A stretch of DNA of 32,000 nt from Wallemia ichthyophaga EXF-994 (Eukaryota; Fungi; Basidiomycota). Below the pieces are notes generated by a model. That model did not search any database. It saw only the letters and a program-made list of their open reading frames with translations, and was not told where the DNA came from. Shown here piece after piece: positions 1 to 7,934 of the stretch. The stretch lies in the NCBI RefSeq assembly GCF_000400465.1, contig NW_008806281.1:300001-332000 (forward strand). The letters are read 5' to 3'. The stretch's first letter is position 1. The number at the start of each line of letters is the position of its first letter. A program made the translations under genes and the position numbers.

Positions 1-2
1 CA

Positions 3-548
3 AATTCATCTACACCCTCACGAATACCACGTTCTTCTCGCTCCTCTTCCCTTCTTTCGGCTGACATTGGTCGTGGTAGAAATCTCCTCACTCCTGAGCC
101 CACTCTTAGAGCAAATGCGCGTCCTTTTTGGGGCGCTTCTAATAGCCCCATTCCACGATCCAGGAGGGTTGTTAGTGGTAGATCTTCCATCCTTAGTAGC
201 AGCACATCCAGCAAAAATGAAGATAGCGGTAATTACCTCCCCAACTCCATAGACCCACTAGATGTTCAAGTAGGTATAATTTACAACGATCATGGCCTCG
301 GCATCGGAATTCAGAGGATCGATCCCCCTCTCTCTCGTAGGCCTCGGCCTGAAACTGTCTCAAACATGCAGGCTCAGTACGCCTTCGAAACTCCGCACAA
401 CAGGAAAGTAGTTAACTGTAAGCTACTAGAAGTAAAAGCTACAAGGCGTGCTCAGTTAAACGGAGAAGGCGACAGGAAGAAAGTTATGGTTAGAGTCGGC
501 GGTGGTTGGAAAGATCTATCTCATTATCTCATCGAAAGGCAGCAGTAG
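3..548 (+). CDS. 3' end of a GAS2/GAR-domain (microtubule-binding) protein, truncated by the window edge
   Basis: The frame is open from base 3 to TAG at 546-548. An S/R/P-rich linker is followed by YLPNSIDPLDVQV and the GAR-domain signature KVMVRVGGGWKDLSHYL. Confidence 0.8.
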   Translation, partial: NSSTPSRIPRSSRSSSLLSADIGRGRNLLTPEPTLRANARPFWGASNSPIPRSRRVVSGRSSILSSSTSSKNEDSGNYLPNSIDPLDVQVGIIYNDHGLGIGIQRIDPPLSRRPRPETVSNMQAQYAFETPHNRKVVNCKLLEVKATRRAQLNGEGDRKKVMVRVGGGWKDLSHYLIERQQ

Positions 549-837
549 TTTGCTTTGTTTATCTTCCTGGTGCAGTTATACCCCACTTGTATTTTAACGT
601 TGATTATTTATTCCAATGTAGACAGCTCATGAGGTAATGGCCACCAAATGACGACATTGTTGAAAAGTCGGATAGTCAGATAGGAATATAATGATTGTTA
701 TGTTACTATAATTTAAATGACAAGTCCAGGCTCATCCCTTGGGATCATTTGAACTTTTGGCATCTGTGCTCCGCGTTACATCACACAATCCTCACGTCAT
801 GGTTAATTTGAAAGTTTTCAATCATGGAGTGGCGCTG

Positions 838-874
838 AGGGGATATAAAGAAGACAGCATCTTCTTTATATAAA
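838..874 (+). promoter_or_regulatory. Core promoter of hydrophilin copy 1: STRE-like AGGGG, two TATA elements and a 12-bp inverted repeat
   Basis: AGGGG at 838-842, TATAAAG at 844-850, TATATAAA at 867-874, and ATATAAAGAAGA-cagca-TCTTCTTTATAT at 843-871. Identical in copy 2 (7376-7412). An ACGTCA half-CRE at 794-799 is present in copy 1 only. Confidence 0.55.
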
Positions 875-900
875 CCACCATCTACATTTGAAACACTATA

Positions 901-1234
901 ATGCCAGAACACTTCAAGAAAGCCGAACAAGTCGTGAGTTGTGAACAGTTGCACTAGACATTTCCTCTAACAACATCAGGTCGATCCAGCTGGCCACGGT
1001 ATGCCAACCAAGGATAACCTCAACGACAAGTTGATGAGCGAACGTCCAGCAGGCATCGCCGGTACCACCACCTCTACCACGGACGCTCCAGGCCCAGTCG
1101 ATGACAGAACTCAAGAGGAGAAGTACGCAGACTCACAAGCTACTGCCCAAGTAAACAAGGGTGGTGACAATGTCGTCCCTACCCCAGAGCAACAAACTGA
1201 CCTCAACAACATGAACGAGCGTCTCTCCAAGTAA
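901..1234 (+). CDS. Small hydrophilic (hydrophilin/LEA-like) protein, 95 aa, copy 1; exons 901-933 and 980-1234
   Basis: ATG at 901, then a 46-nt GTGAGT..CTAAC..CAG intron (934-979) joining in frame to ORF 1001-1234: MPEHFKKAEQVVDPAGHGMPTKDNLNDKLMSERPAGIAG...NMNERLSK. 7/95 residues are Gly, there is no Cys or Trp, and it is rich in T/D/Q/N/E/K. The frame is kept in both copies. The product name rests on composition only. Confidence 0.75.
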
Positions 1235-1634
1235 AACTGCTCAATAGAAATCAATCTTAATATTGCTACGCATTTTGTCAATAGACTCACCTTACGCTGT
1301 ATGACTAAATAAATGAATCTAATGCATCGACTTTGTGCTAGCTTGTCGTTAGTTTTCAGAATGGTTTGGTTAGTTTGATTGGTGCGGCCCATCCTCCTTT
1401 CTCAGCTAGTTTGAGATGGCTCAATTTGAAGACATTAATCATTCATTGGTATCAAAAGACGTCATGTATGGTATATAACTGCGTTGTTTGATATTCTCAT
1501 CTGGTTTCATCTTTGACTTTCATAGAGTCATTGTACGTTATCGAGAAAGCTATTCGTTAATGTCCAGATCAGTCTCTCTAGATCGAAATAGCGATAGAGA
1601 TTACTTGCGCGGTGGTCATCATTGATGACGTTTC

Positions 1635-2411
1635 TCATCCTGGACCGTGCATCCAGAAGTGTTGATATCTATGAAACGCACCATCTGACAGCTTGTATAT
1701 GTGCAAGTAGTGATGAGTCTCTTTTATCTTCATTTCGTTTGATGTACCAAAGTCATTCAGAATGACGATTTTCTTCAGTGAAGTCTTTTGGATATCTGGT
1801 AGGGCTCTATTCATACTTTCTATGAGATTGTCCTGTGCCAAGCCAGGCGCATCGGCAGGACGGTGGATTGTGAGTACTTCAAGGGAGGGGTATAGTTTTA
1901 AAATGCACTGCGCAAATACGTTGGCAACGTCATCAAAGATATCGTTTATCTCAATCGTTAACTCTTTCGCGCATTTCGATGAACCGACCAGCTTGGCCAA
2001 GTTTTCCTCTTGGTTCACCTTCTCAAGCGTTATCTTGACGCTCTTTAACGCGGGTAACGTTTTAATGAGCTCGGAAATTTCACCGCACTCCTCGAATCTT
2101 ACATTTCCCGTGAAGTGATTGAGGTTCAAGAAAAGCGACTCGATTGAGTCGCCAAAGATGGTATTTGGCACCACTTGTACAAATCTGAGGTATGACTGAA
2201 CAGCTGACAGAGTGTTGGACCTATCGCGCGGAGCTTTAGGACTGTATAGTCTGTGTGTCAGGAGAGAGTCGATGGCGATGCTGCGCAGGCGCCTGTTAAC
2301 TAGTCCCAGCTCTAAGCAGCGATACTCGTCGACAAGCTTCATTATGAGCTCTTTTGGAAGAGTCGCCAGTGTTGTTTTGCTATGTTTGTTGTTGTGTTTC
2401 TGGGCGATCAT
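1635..2411 (-). CDS. F-box-like protein, 258 aa
   Basis: N-terminal LATLPKELIMKLVDEY..LGLVNRRLRSIA fits the F-box pattern. It is followed by LRR-like segments (LPALKSVKITL, YPSLEVLTI). Confidence 0.65.
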   Translation of the reverse strand: MIAQKHNNKHSKTTLATLPKELIMKLVDEYRCLELGLVNRRLRSIAIDSLLTHRLYSPKAPRDRSNTLSAVQSYLRFVQVVPNTIFGDSIESLFLNLNHFTGNVRFEECGEISELIKTLPALKSVKITLEKVNQEENLAKLVGSSKCAKELTIEINDIFDDVANVFAQCILKLYPSLEVLTIHRPADAPGLAQDNLIESMNRALPDIQKTSLKKIVILNDFGTSNEMKIKETHHYLHIYKLSDGAFHRYQHFWMHGPG

Positions 2412-3032
2412 TGATGGTGAGAGAGAGGATATGTTTGTTGAACGCGAATTAGAGGAAAGAAAAATTTAGATTTCAAAATAAAATCGCTGTGAAAGTCACG
2501 CTTGTTGCGCATATCGCGTCTGCCTTCCCCCAATCTAATCATAACCCCTCATCGGAAGCAGCCTCACGCATATTAGCAAATCAAATATGACCTCTTTATC
2601 TCTACATTTCAATTCTTCCTTACTCCCTAATGTAAGCTCGTACTAATGCTGCAAACTCCTGCAGTCAATCCATGAAAAGTGCCGATATGCGGAGATGTTG
2701 TGTTGCACGGAAATTAAACACGTGGTTATCAAGGTGTTCCAAAAAATTTATCTATGAATAAACGTCCATTGAGCTCAATTTAGACGCAACTTGTGGATAA
2801 GGGTGTGATTTGTATACCTGTAATGCGAATCAATACTCGGACATCCCATGTCGCAATTTAATACCTTCTGCGATGCTAGCGCGACCTTTATCATTGCTCT
2901 TCCTCAAGGATTTGAAATTTTGAAATGCACACTATTCAGAACCCGAACCCCCAATTTTGAAGTTAGGCTGACCGCCTTCTTCTTTGCATAAATCGTTTCT
3001 GTTAGGTCTTTGATGAATGAAAGTGTCCTCAA

Positions 3033-3230
3033 TTTTTTCCTGTAGCCAGGTGTGAGTGTTTTGGACGCCACGCGTCGGAAACCGCCTTACGTGTTTGCAG
3101 CGCCGAATACTTGATGATCTTGAGCACTTGCACTCTCTGTGAGCTGAGTGACTTGGTTATCATCGGGTGAGCCAATGAAATCCTCCGTATATGCTCTCGT
3201 TCGTGCTCCAGAACGATGCCGGATTTAAAC
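3033..3230 (+). repeat. Diverged repeat X, copy 1
   Basis: Hand alignment to 6758-6950 gives 30/41 then 33/58 ungapped identities, then continues with one 2-nt indel. Shared anchors are CGCCACGC, TACTTGA, TTGAGCACTTGC, CCTCC.TATAT and CGTGCT..AGA.CGAT. Confidence 0.7.
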
Positions 3231-4241
3231 GGCCGAGCACTTTGCAGGTCAAGGTGAGATAACGAGCGAAGTGAAAATCCAAGATGGTGGATATTGTGCG
3301 GATGGGTAAAACAGAGATAAAATTAACATTTTGAAGTTTAAGAAAACACGCTGATCTATAAATTTCATTCATATTCTCATTACATTCTTCCGATGAGTAC
3401 GATAGATTCCTTCTTGGTGACTTGAATATTGATTTGAGTAATACCATGAATTCAGCCTAACTGTCCTTTCTGAAGTCTCTCAAGCTACATAAGCAGCACA
3501 ATAGATCATTCGCTTCTGTACTAATCTGCCTTGAGGTCATGAGAGGGAAGACCAGGTTCTAAACTGAGTGATTTAGGTAGATCAGGCAGACAATTGAGTA
3601 ATGAAGCTTCTTTGATTCATGAGTGTACCTGTGATCTTCTGTAATTGCTCTGTTCAATCTACTCGGTTATTAAGCGGAGACAGGAGGACCAGCTGAGTAC
3701 CCGAATGATCGATGAAATTACAGCATAAACGGTTTATCCGGGAACTGATTATGTTAGAATAGTTATCATCGTGATCATCCTAGCAGCACTACCTACATGA
3801 AGAACCAGCTGAGTGACTGCTTACCCGTGCTTGCAACAAGTATACATAGAGTATATCTAAGACTTCAATCTGCGCCGAAACCAAGCTAGCGGTGCAAGAT
3901 TTGCACTGAAAGGGCGAGAAATAAACTTTAAGTCACATATTTGCGTTGGCATTCCATCTGGCATAATTCATTAAAAAAATATGTAAGTGTTTATATTAGT
4001 GTTTGACAAAAAGGTACCTCAATATTGAGCTTAACAGTAGCTAAAAAGTAACTCGATTCGTTTGCTAATTCCTATAACGCAATTCTGATAATATTGAAAC
4101 AACACAACACATTCGTGTCTTGCATTCACCTTGACAGAATCGTTGTACTATCGACTTTCAAATATGTGTTCCTTGATTTGCATCTGTTTATTCTAAATGA
4201 ACTCACTTGATATTCATGCCCTTAAGGGTGGTTGGCATGTG

Positions 4242-4326
4242 ATGACGTAACGAAGTTGAGAGCTTTGAATGTTCATGAACATCGGGCCTATACAGAGGCA
4301 TGAAATCAATCTAAAAAGCTATATAA
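4242..4326 (+). promoter_or_regulatory. CRE/ATF-type site and TATA box upstream of the STL1-like gene
   Basis: ATGACGTAA at 4242-4250 and TATATAA at 4320-4326; the ATG is at 4474. Confidence 0.4.
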
Positions 4327-4473
4327 TGTGAATGTTTACTCTTTTCAGTCAATATCATCTGCTACTCGGACTTATCGTGCCGGCAGCAACACCGAACCTG
4401 AGATCACATTATCCCACCCAATTTAAGCATACGACTGCAGACAGAGCTTTGACACTTGACAATAAAGATAACA

Positions 4474-6275
4474 ATGGGATTTCTAAGCGCACTGGATAAA
4501 ATATTGGGTGGATATAACGGATACGCGAGTAGACTCACAGGCAAGAAGTTGGAATATAGTGTAGTAATGTGTGCTGGTGTAGCATTTCTGCTATTCGGGT
4601 ATGGTGAGAGACGTGTTTCTATGGCGTTTTTTATCTCTGATTCGCATCTCGTCCAACAGATCAGGGTGTGATGTCTGGTATCATCACAGAACCATACTTT
4701 ATCAAAACCTTCCCGGAATTTGGAGATGATCCTGACATTAACCCAAAGCAAGCAATCAGCTCACTCTGTGTCGCCATTTACGAAATATACGTAGACAAAT
4801 CTCGAGTAAATCTCCAAACTAAAACAACCACACAGGATGTATGTTCGGATCGGCTGCTGTGATAATTTGGGGAGATCAACTAGGAAGAAGAAGATGCGTC
4901 ATAATTGGTACTTCCATCATGATCGTCGGAGCTGTCACGCAGACAGCTTCTTATGAGTACCGAGAGTTGGTAGCCGGCAGAATTGTTACCGGCATTGGTA
5001 ACGGTATGAATACGAGCACGATTCCGGTCTTGCAGTCAGAAATGGCGCATAAGGATAGAAGAGGCTTCCTTGTGCTTTTCGAAGGCGCGCTAATTAGTGG
5101 CGGCATAGCTATCTCATACCTCGTCAACCTGGGAATGTGGTATATGAATAAAACAGATGCAGAGGTTCCTCATGCATCTGCACAGTGGAGATTTCCCTTT
5201 GGCCTGCAGCTAGCCTTTGCTATTGTAATGCTGTTTGGTATCGCTGTTTTGCCAGAGTCGCCGAGGTGGCTTGCTAAGCACCACAAAGATGACGAGTCTA
5301 TGCACATTTTGTGTAGGCTAAGAGATGGAAATAAAGAAGATACCCACGTTATTCAAGAATACAGTGAGATAAAGGAGGTAGTGTATGCACAAGAGGCTGG
5401 TGGAGAATTTTCCTTCTGGCAGATATTTAGAAATGACGAAAACATGACGCTCTGGAGGACTTCAGTAGCATTTTGTAGTCAAATGTTCCAGCAAATCGGT
5501 AGGTAGTAAGATTTTCACATAGATGTGGCGTTGACGTGAGGTTTAAGGTGGTATCAACCTGGTTACTTACTACAGTACAACGCTATTCCTCAGTATCGGA
5601 CTTGATGAGACAAAGGCACGCATCGTCACAGCGGGAAATGGTGTTGAGTACTTCTTATCAGCTGTAGCGGCATTGTGGCTTATTGACAAAGCCGGAAGAG
5701 TTCCGCTAATGATGGTAGGAAGTTGTATCATGATTATGGCGCTGGTGATGTTGGTCGGATTTCAGTCGACAGGCAGATCAGATCTGGCAGTAGGCAGTGC
5801 AGTCATGCTCTTTGTTTACAATACGGGCTTCGCCATCGGCTGGCTAGGCGTGACATGGCTGTATCCAGCGGAGATCTCCACACTTCGCTCTCGCCATGCG
5901 GTAAATGGTCTTTCGAGCTGTTCGAACTGGCTTTTCAATTACCTCATTGTCCAAATTGCTCCTATATGTCTCGATACTATCGAATGGAAGACATATATTA
6001 TCTTCATCGCGACCAACACGTTTTTCTTGCCAGTGCTTTGGCTCTTCTTCCCAGAAACAAAAGGACACAGCTTGGAGGAGATGGACAAGATATTTGTTAT
6101 GGCACACAAGCAGCGTCGTAATCCTGTATTTGTTGAGAAAGAATATACGAGAGAGTTTGGTAAGCACGCGCAAGGACTAGGAGACCATGAAAAGACTCAG
6201 GTGGCCCACATTGATCGGTTCGATGATCTGCACGGAAGCTCACGTGACTCAGAAAGCGACAAACCCAAGACTTAA
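4474..6275 (+). CDS. STL1: MFS sugar-porter family transporter, STL1-like (candidate glycerol:H+ symporter), 549 aa; exons 4474-4603, 4660-4786, 4834-5498, 5548-6275
   Basis: Motifs LFGYDQGVMSG, GDQLGRR, GIGNGMNTSTIPVLQSE, QWRFP, LPESPRWL, QQIGGINLVTYYS, WLYPAEIS, SNWLFNY and FPETKGHSLEEMD are sugar-porter signatures, with STL1-subfamily features (NTSTIP, YYST). Introns 1 and 3 are GT-AG; intron 2 needs AT-AC ends. The spliced length is 1650 nt with no internal stop. Substrate is inferred. Confidence 0.85.
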
Positions 6276-6757
6276 TTTTCCAGAAAATTTTCTCAAGGTC
6301 ATTATGACCACAATGCTCATTATGTATCACTCTTTTTTTACTTTGATTTATGAGAACTATATTGAAATTAAGTGCTGATTCGAGGCATCGCGCGAAATTC
6401 ACCTTGGGTTTTCAGGACAATAATTGCATGTTCAATATCGCACCGAAAAGACTACAAGCCAAACAATAATGAAATAGGGTTGTCGTCGCTAATTGTGCAA
6501 GATGTTTAAAATACCTTTATAGTGACTGGTGGATTGTAGCGCACTGTATAGGTCCGCTTAATTTGGAATATAAAAATAAAATCTCCTAAATTTATGACTT
6601 TTGCGATTTCAGTGCATTTTGATCACCTTTTTACCCCCCGATTTTTGAGATTCACTGATCAGAAGTTAGACCCCCAGACTTTAGAGTTTTGATGACCCCC
6701 ACTTTTCTATGCTTTAATATTATCTTCAAAGTATGAAATGAGGCGAAATAGCAATAT

Positions 6758-6967
6758 CTTTTCCCTGGTGCAAGGTTTGATTCTTGTAGGCGCCACGCAA
6801 ATAAAACTTTTTTTCACATGTATAGGGCCATGTACTTGAGATATTTGAGCACTTGCGGTCTTTGCAAGTAAACTAATTCGTATCGTCGATGAAGCGCGTC
6901 ATAACCTCCATATATATCCTGTAGCGTGCTTTAGAGCGATTTCGGACCATTGCTTCCGATCAGTGTT
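6758..6967 (+). repeat. Diverged repeat X, copy 2
   Basis: Aligns to 3033-3230, and its 3' part also aligns to 7284-7334. Confidence 0.7.
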
Positions 6968-7200
6968 CAGGGCGCAACTTGGGAGCTCCAGGTATTAACT
7001 CTGGCATAAACATATCTCTTATCAAGCCATTTTATATGGAGATCAGAAGAAGTTGTAAATCCCATTTGAGAGAAGATTAGTGGCAGGAGTAAAGTTTAGG
7101 TCGGTGGATATTGGGCAAAGAAAGGATTCAAAGATATATTCACAATCATGAGAGACATATAACGCTAAAAGTGGACTAAACTTCTGTAAGTTTTCGATGC

Positions 7201-7334
7201 TTGAGCACCTGAGTCGTTCAGCGTATTCCAGGGCGAATAGAGCAGTTAAGCCATACTGTCTTATCACAAGTACTTATTTCCCTCTTCTGAATGCGCTCTA
7301 GAGCGATAATGGGATACTACTTCCGATCAGCGTT
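7201..7334 (+). repeat. Diverged repeat X, partial copy 3, abutting hydrophilin copy 2
   Basis: TAGAGCGAT-N12-CTTCCGATCAG(c/t)GTT occurs with identical spacing at 7299-7334 and 6932-6967. A TTGAGCAC anchor is at 7201. Confidence 0.5.
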
Positions 7335-7816
7335 TTGAAAGTTTTCACTCCTAATAGAGTCATGGCGTGGCGCTGAGGGGATATAAAGAAGACAGCATCT
7401 TCTTTATATAAACCACCATCTACATTTGAAACACTATAATGCCAGAACACTTCAAGAAAGCCGAACAAGTCGTGAGTTGTGAACAGTTGCACTAGACATT
7501 TCCTCTAACAACATCAGGTCGATCCAGCTGGCCACGGTATGCCAACCCAGGATAACCTCAACGATAAGTTGATGAGCGAACGCCCAGCAGGCATCGCCGG
7601 TAGTACCACCTCTACCACGGACGCTCCAGGCCCAGTCGACGACAGAACTCAAGAGGAGAAGTACGCAGACTCACAAGCTACTGCCCAAGTAAACAAGGGT
7701 GGTGACAACATCGTCCCTACCCCAGAGCAACAAGCCGACCTCAACAACATGAACGAGCGTCTCTCCAAGTAAAACTGCTCAATAGAAATCAATCCTATAT
7801 TGCTACGCATTTTGTC
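7333..7816 (+). repeat. Direct repeat copy 2 of 807-1279
   Basis: Same orientation, intron retained, one indel of about 11 nt near the left end. Confidence 0.97.
7439..7772 (+). CDS. Small hydrophilic (hydrophilin/LEA-like) protein, 95 aa, copy 2; exons 7439-7471 and 7518-7772
   Basis: Same structure as 901-1234. Four amino-acid differences (K/Q, T/S, V/I, T/A). Confidence 0.75.
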
Positions 7817-7934
7817 TAGAACTTTGAAGTCACCTGCACCTGCAAGCTTAAACAAATCAAAATGATTTAAAAAGCCAACATTATAAAACAGAAGTCAAGA
7901 ATGCTGAATGGATGAGACTACTCGTCTTGAAAGT

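Larger units (their letters stand above)
807..1279 (+). repeat. Direct repeat copy 1 (about 470 bp: promoter, gene and 3' UTR of the small hydrophilic gene)
   Basis: Aligns with 7333-7816 from TTTGAAAGTTTTCA to GCATTTTGTC. The CDS offset is 6538 bp. About 180 bp (829-1009) are identical between copies and exon 2 carries 10 substitutions. Confidence 0.97.

Noticed and set aside
1001-1234. RIP-like mutation between the duplicated genes
   Set aside because: C/T differences go in both directions and include transversions; only 10 sites.
807-1279. Duplicate as a retrocopy or transposon-borne insertion
   Set aside because: Intron and promoter are retained in both copies; no poly(A), terminal inverted repeats or target-site duplication seen.
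3036-3143. H..CxxC in repeat X as a retrotransposon integrase HHCC zinc finger
   Set aside because: His-to-Cys spacing of about 20 aa is too short, and there is no DDE core, RT or LTR nearby.
3440-3610. Minus-strand peptide LEPGLPSHDLK..SIVLLM resembling the Helitron/PIF1 motif GLPPHELKLK..PIMLLRNL
   Set aside because: Spacing does not match, the frame has several stops, and no other helicase motifs or Helitron termini were seen.
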